Of a stretch of 64,000 nt of DNA, positions 1 through 9,973 are shown piece by piece (positions within the stretch are counted from its first letter, which is position 1; each line of letters opens with the position of its first letter). The stretch is from a virus. The stretch lies in IMG/VR virus record IMGVR_UViG_3300024999_000042; one strand, 5' to 3'. Position numbers and translations under genes: made by a program. Under the pieces are notes generated by a model. It had not been told where the DNA came from. It did no database searches and saw only the letters and a program-made list of their open reading frames with translations.

Positions 1-76
1 GTCAAGTACCTTCGCCCAGACCTGTCTTTGTCCAATACTCATTATTATTCCCTTCTTTCTTCTTATAATTTATTTA

Positions 77-763
77 TTACTTAATGTTTTGGAGATACGA
101 CTCCGTTTTTATATTATCTGGATCTGCTCCAGCTAATAACATTTTGAGATTCCATCTGTATTGCTCTTTTAATTGTCCTCTTTGCAACTGTTCATAAAAT
201 TGATAAACGTTTAAATCCCAAATATTTATTATATTTAATCCATTTCCATCAAAATTAGCAACACATGAAATTAAATCAGCAAATGTTAATTGTTCTGCGT
301 TTTTATTTCCATCTTCTCTCATCTTTTTTTCAGCTTCCATTACTCTTCTATCAAATTCATCTAATGCTTCTGTATTTTCAACCTCAAGTTTATTAGCTAA
401 TTTAATGCTATTCACCAAAGAATCATAATTATTTCTGTCTAATATAATATCATCTTTCATAAATACTAAATCACTATCAATTAACTTTGCATCAAATTCT
501 ATCTTTGTAAAAAAGAATAGCGAATATAAAAAAGTACCGAAAGATTCTTTGTTTTGATTAATGGCGAACATTAATGCATCATAATTATTTGTAATTCCTA
601 AACCTTCTGCATCAATCAAAATATCTTTTACAATAGTTCCACATGTTAAAATAATCCCATATTTCTCAAATCCTATTTCTGCAATTTCTCTTAGAAGTGG
701 GGAGTAAACTGGTATCTTATCAACATATAAAGGTAAATTTGCTAATAGTCTTAATTTATTCAT
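77..763 (-). CDS. phage virion/tail assembly protein (hypothetical)
   Basis: 228 aa ORF in the structural operon, downstream of the head-tail genes. Confidence 0.5.
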   Translation of the reverse strand: MNKLRLLANLPLYVDKIPVYSPLLREIAEIGFEKYGIILTCGTIVKDILIDAEGLGITNNYDALMFAINQNKESFGTFLYSLFFFTKIEFDAKLIDSDLVFMKDDIILDRNNYDSLVNSIKLANKLEVENTEALDEFDRRVMEAEKKMREDGNKNAEQLTFADLISCVANFDGNGLNIINIWDLNVYQFYEQLQRGQLKEQYRWNLKMLLAGADPDNIKTESYLQNIK

Positions 764-779
764 ATTATCACATACCTAA

Positions 780-1256
780 TTATTGAAATTCTTGAAGTTT
801 ATAAGCTATATAAATTCCAGAATAATTTTCATTAACTAAAAATTCATCCATTTCATAAAACTCTAATTCATTAAATCCTAAATCCTCAGAAGAATTAAAT
901 ACTTCATCTATGTAATTTAAAAGCATATCATACCTTAAAGATCCATAATCTGTCTTCAGCAATGAATTATGCAGAATAATATAGAAATATACACTTCCGT
1001 ATTTAAATGTCCTTCCATTTGGTTTATAGTTAAACTTCATGGTGATAAAGGTATTTGGTTCTGTTTGTACTGTGGGAATATAACGCCAAGGATATATATT
1101 TTTATATATCAAAGATGGGGCATTAAAATCATTAGGTAATGGAACATCTAAGAAATTCTGCTCATTACTCACAAGACATTTTACAATTTCTGGTTTACTA
1201 AGCAATTTCATTAAAATTGTAAATTTGTTTGCACCAAGTTCACTAAACCTACTCAT
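780..1256 (-). CDS. putative tail-completion/terminator protein
   Basis: 158 aa; position after the head-closure gene; IYPW..P and RYD.L...IDE.FN patterns typical of neck proteins. Confidence 0.5.
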   Translation of the reverse strand: MSRFSELGANKFTILMKLLSKPEIVKCLVSNEQNFLDVPLPNDFNAPSLIYKNIYPWRYIPTVQTEPNTFITMKFNYKPNGRTFKYGSVYFYIILHNSLLKTDYGSLRYDMLLNYIDEVFNSSEDLGFNELEFYEMDEFLVNENYSGIYIAYKLQEFQ

Positions 1257-1300
1257 TTCTCACCTTCTTTAATTACAATTTAAATTTACCTAATCACTTC

Positions 1301-2479
1301 CTAAAACAAACTCTTAATCTGAATAACCATTCCATCTTGACTAACAATCTCTTCATCTACACTTTTACACCATAATTTTACACTTCCTAAATTATTGCCC
1401 TTAATTATACAAGTATTATTAACTGCATTTTGTGATGTAATAGTTGCTAATGTAGTTGGTAAATTATCAATTCCTGTTAACCAGAAAGACGATTCTTTAA
1501 CTATAGGCAAACCATTATTTTTGAATATCGCTAAATATTCTTTAGAATAAGTTTTAATTATTGATGTACTACCGCTAATTTCAACAGTTTTATTCTCAAT
1601 AGGCACTTCAACAATCTCAACATTAATTTCATCCATCACAGTTAAGTCATTTTCCATCTTACAACTAAATACAACATTTCCAACATCTAAAATTGTTACA
1701 ACTCCTGTAATTGAATTTATAATTGCTTTTGTAATATTATTACTGCTGAAAATTAAATTAGGAGTAGGAGAAACAATTACCCCATCAATTTTTACTTGTG
1801 CATTGATTGTTAATGGATCATTTTCATTTACTTGAATAGAATCTCCATTTAAGATAGTAAGAGAATATGATGGAAATACTTGCTCAACTTCGCTATACAC
1901 CATTTTTATCAATAATAAACCATTTACAGTAATATCATCAATATTTACAACACTATAATTCCTCATTCCAATTCTAAACACGTAATTCATCTCAATTTGT
2001 CTAGTAATATCAGTATCACTTATTTGTATTGCAATTTCTGAATCTAATGTTGATATTATTTTTTGTTCATCTAGACTGATTGAACCTTTTGAGATTATGC
2101 AGGGGATAGAGTGGAGGGTTGAGGTTGAGTCGTAGAATTGGAGGGTGTTGTTTGATTTAATCATACTTGCAGTTTTATATGCTTGTAAATTGTCAATATT
2201 ACTTACTATAATCCATTTGCTACCTTCCCATTCAACTATTGAACCAGTATTTACTACTGTTTCAATTGGCATATGAATTTTCTTATCATATTTACCTTCA
2301 TTTAATGGGTTTAAATGTGATTGAATGATGACTTGTGTTGCAATGGTATCAATTATTGCAGGAGAACCTTCTGCACTATAATATCTACGAATATCATAAT
2401 TTTCTTTCACATCAGATATTGTTTCTTCTTTAGAATAATAATTTAAACCATCATCTATCCATTTTTTTCTGACATCCAT
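1301..2479 (-). CDS. putative head-closure/neck protein with C-terminal Ig-like domains
   Basis: 392 aa; beta-rich C-terminus (FSSNN..KA.INS.TG.VTILDVG) resembles Big-2 Ig folds; structural operon position. Confidence 0.5.
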   Translation of the reverse strand: MDVRKKWIDDGLNYYSKEETISDVKENYDIRRYYSAEGSPAIIDTIATQVIIQSHLNPLNEGKYDKKIHMPIETVVNTGSIVEWEGSKWIIVSNIDNLQAYKTASMIKSNNTLQFYDSTSTLHSIPCIISKGSISLDEQKIISTLDSEIAIQISDTDITRQIEMNYVFRIGMRNYSVVNIDDITVNGLLLIKMVYSEVEQVFPSYSLTILNGDSIQVNENDPLTINAQVKIDGVIVSPTPNLIFSSNNITKAIINSITGVVTILDVGNVVFSCKMENDLTVMDEINVEIVEVPIENKTVEISGSTSIIKTYSKEYLAIFKNNGLPIVKESSFWLTGIDNLPTTLATITSQNAVNNTCIIKGNNLGSVKLWCKSVDEEIVSQDGMVIQIKSLF

Positions 2480-2554
2480 ATGATCACAACCTTATTAGGA
2501 ATAGAGAGTTAATTAATATAACTCTCTATTCAAATTACATCATACTGTTTTTAA

Positions 2555-2588
2555 TAAAATTAGAATTCTGCTAAAATTAGAATTCTGC
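2555..2588. repeat. 17-bp tandem duplication TAAAATTAGAATTCTGC x2
   Basis: Exact direct repeat at 2555-2571 and 2572-2588, covering the stop of the 91 aa ORF. Confidence 0.85.
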
Positions 2589-2852
2589 TTTTGCCAATCC
2601 TTCAATTCTTAAAGCAGATGTATCTGCAGCTGCTTTGTAGTACAATTTACCGAAAGGCACTGCAACATTTTCCCTTGCTTCTCCTGCTTTTAAAACCATT
2701 AAGTTTCCAGATGCACTTGCACTTGCAATATCAAATGAAAGTGTCACAACAGAAGCACTATCATTTACAATAAGATTAATAAATGCCATGTTTAATTCAA
2801 CATTTTGTTCTGCTTGATTTGCCGTTAAAGACCGTCCAATAAAATTAGTCAT
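2577..2852 (-). CDS. small virion-associated protein (hypothetical)
   Basis: 91 aa, GGAGG RBS, beta-rich, within the structural operon. Confidence 0.5.
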   Translation of the reverse strand: MTNFIGRSLTANQAEQNVELNMAFINLIVNDSASVVTLSFDIASASASGNLMVLKAGEARENVAVPFGKLYYKAAADTSALRIEGLAKAEF

Positions 2853-2898
2853 TTTTTAATTCCTCCTCTTATTTTATATTTATATATTTAAGATTACA

Positions 2899-3234
2899 TT
2901 ATACTCCAATTGCGACCCATGCTACATTTGCAAATACATCTGCAGCAGCGATAGGTGTTACGTCATTAACAGCAGTTGGCTTCCATGATTTAATTCTTAT
3001 TTTACCTGCGGTTGGAGCGTTAGTCTGATTCCCAACCGTACAAGTAGAACTCATATGTGTCATACTTGGATCTCCTACTAAAGATACTGTTGCCCCTAAA
3101 ACCGTAGTTAAACCAGTAACAACATCTTCACTCGCTGCTCCTATAGTAGCTGTACCAAATGCAACTTTATATCCTGCTACTAATGCTGTTAAAATTAAAT
3201 TCTCTTTTGTTGATTTAAAATTAAAGTCTTCCAT
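2899..3234 (-). CDS. small virion-associated protein, possible decoration/fibre domain
   Basis: 111 aa, AGGAGG RBS; ends in WVAIG, like H-type lectin/gp53-like beta domains. Confidence 0.45.
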   Translation of the reverse strand: MEDFNFKSTKENLILTALVAGYKVAFGTATIGAASEDVVTGLTTVLGATVSLVGDPSMTHMSSTCTVGNQTNAPTAGKIRIKSWKPTAVNDVTPIAAADVFANVAWVAIGV

Positions 3235-3264
3235 TGTATTGCCTCCTTTTCTAAATTACTGTGA

Positions 3265-3483
3265 TTACATAATTTCCTTCTCTAAATAAGGTATTCTCTT
3301 AATAAAATTTGAAATATCAAGAATATTTCCCCTTAATTTAGGATAATCATGTAACGAAATACTAAACTCTTTCTCAATCATATACATTAGATGATTTATT
3401 TTTAAGTATTCTTTATTACACAAATCCTCTAAACTCATTTCACATTGTGGAGTTTTTATAAGAATTTTACTATTTTTATTCAA
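3265..3483 (-). CDS. hypothetical protein
   Basis: 72 aa ORF in the operon. Confidence 0.5.
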   Translation of the reverse strand: MNKNSKILIKTPQCEMSLEDLCNKEYLKINHLMYMIEKEFSISLHDYPKLRGNILDISNFIKRIPYLEKEIM

Positions 3484-3495
3484 TTTCTCACCAAC

Positions 3496-4176
3496 TTAAT
3501 TTAAATAAGAATAAAATTCTTGTCTAAACACTTCAATTTGTTCATTTAAATCTTTTAACATTAATGAATATACTTTATATTCCTCAACTTTACTTGGTAG
3601 ACGATTGAAATCTTTAGTTCCAATTGAACTTAATAATCTAGTTGATGGTTTTAATAAATACTCGAAATATGCTTTCTTCATATTTAATGAAATTAATTCA
3701 ATTTCATCTACATCTAAATCATTGAGCATTATTCCATCAAATGTTTTACTTACAATTAGATTTAAATTCGTATTATCTGTATCAGTAAATGTTAACGTAA
3801 TTATATCTGTGTCAATTTTAGTAATTGTAAGCATAGGATTTTCAATATCATCTAGTTTCACTGTGTAATCAGGTTCTATTGCTGATTTTATTTTTGTAGC
3901 AATATTGGATTTTGTATCAGTGTTTAATAATGCAATTGTATATGTATCAGAATTAATATTAAAAGTAATATCTCCACTATTTTCAACTAATCCGTAGATT
4001 ATTAAAACTGCATTATCAGAATATAAAGTATAACTCAAATGATGTGGTGTAGTTTTGTAACTATACCCTATGGCAGTTTCAAAAAACTCAAAAACTAAAT
4101 CTTGTTTGTAAGTGAAATCCATATCAGATGTTTTAATGAAAAATTTATCATATATTTTTTGAAGTAAAGTTCCCAA
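3496..4176 (-). CDS. putative head-tail adaptor
   Basis: 226 aa; two genes downstream of the capsid gene; IYDKFF N-terminus and GTKDF motif. Confidence 0.5.
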   Translation of the reverse strand: MGTLLQKIYDKFFIKTSDMDFTYKQDLVFEFFETAIGYSYKTTPHHLSYTLYSDNAVLIIYGLVENSGDITFNINSDTYTIALLNTDTKSNIATKIKSAIEPDYTVKLDDIENPMLTITKIDTDIITLTFTDTDNTNLNLIVSKTFDGIMLNDLDVDEIELISLNMKKAYFEYLLKPSTRLLSSIGTKDFNRLPSKVEEYKVYSLMLKDLNEQIEVFRQEFYSYLN

Positions 4177-4203
4177 ACTATATCACCACTTTTCTTAATT
4201 TTG

Positions 4204-4692
4204 TTATTCTTTATCATCTGTTTTGTCAGTTTTAAATGAAAGACCTGTGTATTCTGTTAAATATTGAATCTTATCATAGTCATTTATCTTCATTTTTTTA
4301 GCATAACTAACGATTTTAGATTTTTCTTGATTTGTGATAATGTTTTCAGTTACATGCTTCTTAAAAGTATTAAATGTCTTATATTCAAATATTTCTTTAC
4401 ATTTTTCATCATTTAAAATTAGTTGAACTCGCTTTTCTTCTTTATTATCAAAACCAAGATGTTCTCTCATTTCTGCATTTTCAATATAAACACGGGCATG
4501 TGAACCAATAGCGTCTGTACCATTAATAAATAAATTATTATTTTGATTTTGTGTTTCAATTTCCATATTTGGAATATATACAGTTTGATTGGCTTTAATA
4601 AATTCATCACCTTCCATACTATATCTTTCCCAAGAAACATTCCACTCACATAGATTTTTTACTTTTGAACGACTATTCATATCAATTGCCAT
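4204..4692 (-). CDS. phage protein downstream of capsid (YonA-like position)
   Basis: 162 aa with GGAGGG RBS; synteny. Confidence 0.5.
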   Translation of the reverse strand: MAIDMNSRSKVKNLCEWNVSWERYSMEGDEFIKANQTVYIPNMEIETQNQNNNLFINGTDAIGSHARVYIENAEMREHLGFDNKEEKRVQLILNDEKCKEIFEYKTFNTFKKHVTENIITNQEKSKIVSYAKKMKINDYDKIQYLTEYTGLSFKTDKTDDKE

Positions 4693-4803
4693 AATTGTTT
4701 ATTCCCTCCATCTTACCCTTTATTAATTATTTTGCATTGGTTAATTTTAAAAGAAGGACGATTTATCAATACCGTCCTTCTCAAGTTTTAATTTTGTTTA
4801 AAA

Positions 4804-5919
4804 TTATTCTGCTAGTGCTGCATCGTAAATATATCCAACTGTTGGAACATATTCAGGAACTAAGTAATTTCCAAATTCCCAATCATATCTTGTGACTTCT
4901 GCCCTTAAATTTATATCTGTAGCAGTCATAGAAGTCAATCCGCCACGCAAACAAATTTGAAGAGGAGAAATTTGACCTTGTGGCAAGAACCACAAATCAG
5001 TTGTAGGTAGTTGAGGAGCATAAAAATCTCCAGCAGTATTAAGATCAATCATACTATAAGAATTAGGAATTTCAACTACAATACTTCCTTTATATATTTT
5101 AATAATACCAGTCTTCATTACTTCTTCCATTACATATTCAGGAAATCTAAATTCAGTACCTGCTGCGACCACACTGAAGTTAGCAAGGTCTCCAAGTTTA
5201 TTTACTGTACTATAATCACCCATCATTGTTACTGAAGAACCAAAACGTCTTGCTTTCTTTCTCACATCTTCTACATTTGTCTTTGTAATACCTTCGGCAT
5301 AATTTTTTAAAGTAGTAGCTGCAGTAATACCAGCCCTTAAAGCGTTAATATGAGATAGTACCATTTGATTAGTCATATCTGTAAGAACTTGTTCATTTGC
5401 CATTGCAAAACCGTCTGTAGCACCCGATTGTAGTTCTCTATAATCAACTATTATACCTCCGGTAGAAGTCTGAGTAGTCATACTACCAGTTCTTTTTTTG
5501 ACAGTAGGAAATACAAAAGCACCAGAGGAAGCTTGAATTCTTGACTTTTCTCCTTGCATTTGATAAACTTCGTAACGCATTTCTTCGTTATATCCTACTT
5601 TTGTAACAGTTCCCATAGCATTATTGATTGCCAATCTCTTTTCTAAAGGTTGCTTAATAGTGATTGTGCGAATAGCATTTAATTCTGCTTTTGCTTGAGT
5701 ATTGCCATCATTAGCCATTCCTGCTAACGTTTTAATTTTATCCATTGTCGTATCAACTTTTTTACCATACTTAGATACATCTTTTCCATAAACAATATTT
5801 GTAAAAATCTCTACATCTTCATTCGGATGAGTAGTTGCCATTTTATTCTTAACAATTTTATTAATCTCCACTTGTTCTGCATTCTCTTGTAATTTTGTAA
5901 AATCTATTCCAAAACTCAT
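4804..5919 (-). CDS. major capsid protein
   Basis: 371 aa; follows scaffold and decoration genes; size and composition fit an HK97-fold capsid; a hairpin follows at ~4750-4782. Confidence 0.75.
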   Translation of the reverse strand: MSFGIDFTKLQENAEQVEINKIVKNKMATTHPNEDVEIFTNIVYGKDVSKYGKKVDTTMDKIKTLAGMANDGNTQAKAELNAIRTITIKQPLEKRLAINNAMGTVTKVGYNEEMRYEVYQMQGEKSRIQASSGAFVFPTVKKRTGSMTTQTSTGGIIVDYRELQSGATDGFAMANEQVLTDMTNQMVLSHINALRAGITAATTLKNYAEGITKTNVEDVRKKARRFGSSVTMMGDYSTVNKLGDLANFSVVAAGTEFRFPEYVMEEVMKTGIIKIYKGSIVVEIPNSYSMIDLNTAGDFYAPQLPTTDLWFLPQGQISPLQICLRGGLTSMTATDINLRAEVTRYDWEFGNYLVPEYVPTVGYIYDAALAE

Positions 5920-5981
5920 TGTTAATACCTCTTTTCTTTCTTATTATTTATTAATTTAACTAAATCTAAACTTCCTATAAC

Positions 5982-6500
5982 TTAGAGATCGTTTGCCATT
6001 ACTTCTACAACATAACCACCAGCAACAGTTCCACCACCTGCGTCAATTGTAAACGCACCAAAAGTAGTTTTTTTGATTACCTTAAGATAAATCGCATATG
6101 TAGAAGGATCTGCTGTTTTAGTCCATTTTTGAGTATTTGTAGCATCTGCTACAGAACGACCAATGACATAATTACCAACTGCAACATCAGCAAAAGCATC
6201 AGTAAACAAATCAGCAGACATATCAAATTGTAATCCTACACAATCTTTTAATCTAAATGCACGAATATACTCATCTGCAACAACTTTATAATCTTCAGTA
6301 TTGAGAATCTCTGGTTTGTCAATGATATTAAACATTACATAAATGTCACCCAATTTTGCAGTAGCCAAATCTGGGACGATTACCTGCGTGTCAGATACAA
6401 CATTAAATTGATAACCATTGTATGTATCCGCAATTGCTTTTACATTAGGTTTGTTGGAAACGTTAAGAAAATTTGAATCATGAAACTTAAATAAACTCAT
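5982..6500 (-). CDS. putative capsid decoration/auxiliary protein (YonC-like position)
   Basis: 172 aa between scaffold and capsid genes. Confidence 0.55.
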   Translation of the reverse strand: MSLFKFHDSNFLNVSNKPNVKAIADTYNGYQFNVVSDTQVIVPDLATAKLGDIYVMFNIIDKPEILNTEDYKVVADEYIRAFRLKDCVGLQFDMSADLFTDAFADVAVGNYVIGRSVADATNTQKWTKTADPSTYAIYLKVIKKTTFGAFTIDAGGGTVAGGYVVEVMANDL

Positions 6501-6608
6501 TATTAATTACCTCATTTCTTTTTATTTTTGTTTTACTGTTTAATCATTGTTATTTAACTATTCTAGAACATTGACATTAACTATATATTTATCTTTACTT
6601 TCTAAAAC

Positions 6609-8270
6609 TTAGTTAAAGAAAGATGGGATACTACCAGGAACCTTTTTCATTTCTTTTTCTTTAATAGAAATAAACATTTCATTTGTAGAATTTACTTCGA
6701 CATCAGTTGTATCATTATTTGCAATCATTTCTTTAAATTTCTTTGCACATAATTCTGCTTCTGCTTTCTTTAATCCGTCCAAATCAATTGCTTCTACAAA
6801 AGTTTTAAGAGAATTAACTTCTGATTCTTCAAAACCATTTTTTGTAATTTCTGTCTCAAAATAAGAATTAACTTCTGCAATTTTTGCTTCTGATTCTGTT
6901 TTAATTTTTGCTTCTCTGAAAGAATTTACCTCAACATTAAGAGATTCTTTTTCTGCTTTTTCGGATTCAAGTAATTTATTAACCTCTACAATTGTGGTGT
7001 TTAGTTCAACTACTTTACTATCTAAATCTTGAGTTTTTTCTGTTAAAGTATTAATTTCTACTTGTTTTTCTTCTAGGGATTGGGTCAATGTATTGATTTC
7101 TGTTGCTTTTTCCTCCAAAGATTTATTCAATGAATTAATTTCATTAATTTTATCTTCGATTTTTTGATTAAGTTCTAATACGATTTTTTCATCCATTTTT
7201 TTACTTTCCTCCTTTGTTTGATTATTTAATATATTAATCAGCGTATTGTTAACTTCTACAGATTCTTCACCATCAACTGGTGTCCATCCCTCTGTTACTT
7301 TAACAATACTACCAATAATAACCTTTGAATTTTCTACAGTATAAGAACTTCCATAATACTCTCCTACACAATGATAGCTTTTCATCACAAATGTTGCACT
7401 GGTTGGATAAAATTTATGAATATAGTAATATTGATATCCATCATCTGAATCAGAATTTTCTTTATTAAATTTAGTATTAAATCCATTTTCAACTAAAGTT
7501 GCAAGATCAGTGATATTTAATTCATTTAGTTCGATTGATGTTTTTGTATTTTCATCTCCCAAAATATCATCCTCCTTTCCTGTTTTATCATCATTTGATT
7601 TATTTATATCAAGGTCATTTTGTTTGGAATTGACCTCAAAAACTATCGAATCGTCGTCTGCTTGATTTTCTAAATTTGATAATATTGCCAATCCAGAGAA
7701 ATCAAAAATAGTGGGAATTCTTCCATCTAACATGCTTCCGTCAGAATTTTTATTTCCATCAAGATATACAATATTCTTAGCTTTTCCTTTTCCATTTATC
7801 TCAATAGAACCATAAACTTTTCCATTTTCAATTTCTTCCTTTAACCATTTTACAAAAAGATTATATCGTTGTGAATTGATATATCCCTCAGTCATCATTA
7901 CTTTTTTTATTTGACCATCAATTTCTACATCACAAATGTAAGCATCTAATACGCTTCCAACAACTACTCCTTCAAATTTTACATTTCCATCTTCATCAAA
8001 ACTCATTTCTCCGTGTCCTGAAGGTATTTGATTTTCTTCATCTGCCCAAGATACTACATAATTCATTCCAATGGCAGATTTAATATTATCTTGAGTATAT
8101 TCCTCAAGCCATGTGATCCCATTTTTATTCCACTTACCTACTTCTGGATGGATAAAATGACTAGACATTTTAATTTTTACGCGTCCAGCAACATCTTCTT
8201 CGGACATTTCACAAATTTCTATGTATGTATTATCAGAGTTTATATTTGTCTTGTTCACAAAATATATCAC
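6609..8270 (-). CDS. prohead protease/scaffold protein (YonD-like)
   Basis: N-terminal globular domain (WNKNG, GSIEI, FSGLAIL) plus a long acidic coiled-coil C-terminus; lies between portal and capsid. Confidence 0.7.
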   Translation of the reverse strand: MIYFVNKTNINSDNTYIEICEMSEEDVAGRVKIKMSSHFIHPEVGKWNKNGITWLEEYTQDNIKSAIGMNYVVSWADEENQIPSGHGEMSFDEDGNVKFEGVVVGSVLDAYICDVEIDGQIKKVMMTEGYINSQRYNLFVKWLKEEIENGKVYGSIEINGKGKAKNIVYLDGNKNSDGSMLDGRIPTIFDFSGLAILSNLENQADDDSIVFEVNSKQNDLDINKSNDDKTGKEDDILGDENTKTSIELNELNITDLATLVENGFNTKFNKENSDSDDGYQYYYIHKFYPTSATFVMKSYHCVGEYYGSSYTVENSKVIIGSIVKVTEGWTPVDGEESVEVNNTLINILNNQTKEESKKMDEKIVLELNQKIEDKINEINSLNKSLEEKATEINTLTQSLEEKQVEINTLTEKTQDLDSKVVELNTTIVEVNKLLESEKAEKESLNVEVNSFREAKIKTESEAKIAEVNSYFETEITKNGFEESEVNSLKTFVEAIDLDGLKKAEAELCAKKFKEMIANNDTTDVEVNSTNEMFISIKEKEMKKVPGSIPSFFN

Positions 8271-8296
8271 CTCCTTTCAACTATTTATTATTTAAA

Positions 8297-9937
8297 CTAT
8301 TTTTTGTTCTCAACTCTTTGTTCGTTACTTTTTAAGTTTTTTGTTATTAAACCTGATTCTTTTAATTCTGAATTATCCTTTGTAGGTCTTCCTCCTAAAT
8401 TGCCATCTTCATTTGCTGTATCAGCACTATCAGTGGCTGTATAACTAGTAATATGAGGAGGATATCGCTCATCAAAACCAGCTTCAATTTCTTCGTCACA
8501 AATACTAAGGTAGTCCTCTGGATCAAATCCACTAGCAGCAATATAGAATTTTCTACTTCCTCCTGCTGTTAAATACAAATCTTTTGCCTTATCATAAACA
8601 TCTTTCTTGTTTAACCATGTAATTGGAAGAAATTTTATATCTATGTAACTGTTTGGCAAAATATTTAAATGTTCATTAATAACTCTAGTTTCTTCTCTTG
8701 CTATTTCATTAATATATTGAAATACTTGAGCAGATAGTAAATCTAAATTAATTTGTAAACTTCCCAGATTAGCACTATTGCTTTCGGCATTTAAAGCAGA
8801 ACTAGCAATACCTAAACCTGTTGCTATCTTTTTCATATTCTCATCACTTAAAGTATCTTTTATCAAAGAAGAATCTTTACTAAGTCTACTTATTTCTGTT
8901 CCAGGAGCGAGGCTGAGGGTTGAGATTTTTGCGACATTTCCACTTGTATTTACTTTTACTGCACCTTTGAACGCTTCAATAACTTCTTTTTGTTGAGTTG
9001 AATTAAGACTAGAAGATCCTTTCTTTTCGCCCTCTGGGAGAATGATGTAATAAATACTACTAGCTAATTCACTAATTAATTGATATTGACTATCATCATA
9101 ATCTTGACTTGATTTCATATCCGTAAACGCTGAAATGCCAAATGGAATCCCCCATGTATCAATTTCATTAGCTTTTGCTTTTAAAGCAATAGTTTTTCTA
9201 TAATCTAAAATAAACCATCTTTTACTAGCATCTTTCTTATAGTCCATATAAGCTTTTACAAAATTACGTGGATAATTCTTAATCTCATTTAATAATCCAC
9301 CATATTTGAATTGATCAAAATACATCATATCAAATGCAGTAATACTAACATTGTTCTGAAATCCAATTATTTTACAATAATCTAAATCAAGTGGTTGAAT
9401 CATAAAGTTATCATCCAATGATAAACCTTCTAATCTATCAAGAGTTTCTACTGTCATTGAACCTGTATCTAAGTTTTTATTGCTTGAAGTTGTGTCTCTC
9501 AAAATCCCAACATACGAACCGTCGATGAATAAATGTCTTAAAATATCCCTTGTCGTCCGATCTATATTTAATATTTTAAGTAAAGTGTTAAACTTAGTTT
9601 TATTATCTTTCATCTGTGGAGTTTTATTTCTTAATGTAGTAATATAAGATAATGTAGGAAGTGCTATCATCCGATCTATGCTCTGACCATATAATCCATT
9701 TAAACTATACGATTGCCTTGATATAGTTCTCAATATTTCATTATATATCATTGGATATTTTACATATTGTTTTAAATCACTCATGGGGATATTATCTGTA
9801 TCTAGTCTTCCTGTTGAAAATGAATATGAATTATAGGATAATGAGTTTAATTCTATTTCATTTGAGAATTGAGTTGAATATGGAGAATCGGATTGGGAGG
9901 AGATGTTTAATTCTGTTGGGGTTATTTTTTTTGTCAA
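8297..9937 (-). CDS. portal protein
   Basis: 546 aa directly after terminase; C-terminal GGRP motif common in portals. Confidence 0.75.
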   Translation of the reverse strand: MTKKITPTELNISSQSDSPYSTQFSNEIELNSLSYNSYSFSTGRLDTDNIPMSDLKQYVKYPMIYNEILRTISRQSYSLNGLYGQSIDRMIALPTLSYITTLRNKTPQMKDNKTKFNTLLKILNIDRTTRDILRHLFIDGSYVGILRDTTSSNKNLDTGSMTVETLDRLEGLSLDDNFMIQPLDLDYCKIIGFQNNVSITAFDMMYFDQFKYGGLLNEIKNYPRNFVKAYMDYKKDASKRWFILDYRKTIALKAKANEIDTWGIPFGISAFTDMKSSQDYDDSQYQLISELASSIYYIILPEGEKKGSSSLNSTQQKEVIEAFKGAVKVNTSGNVAKISTLSLAPGTEISRLSKDSSLIKDTLSDENMKKIATGLGIASSALNAESNSANLGSLQINLDLLSAQVFQYINEIAREETRVINEHLNILPNSYIDIKFLPITWLNKKDVYDKAKDLYLTAGGSRKFYIAASGFDPEDYLSICDEEIEAGFDERYPPHITSYTATDSADTANEDGNLGGRPTKDNSELKESGLITKNLKSNEQRVENKK

Positions 9938-9973
9938 ATTGGAGATGCCTCCTTTCTTTAAGTGGTTATGTTA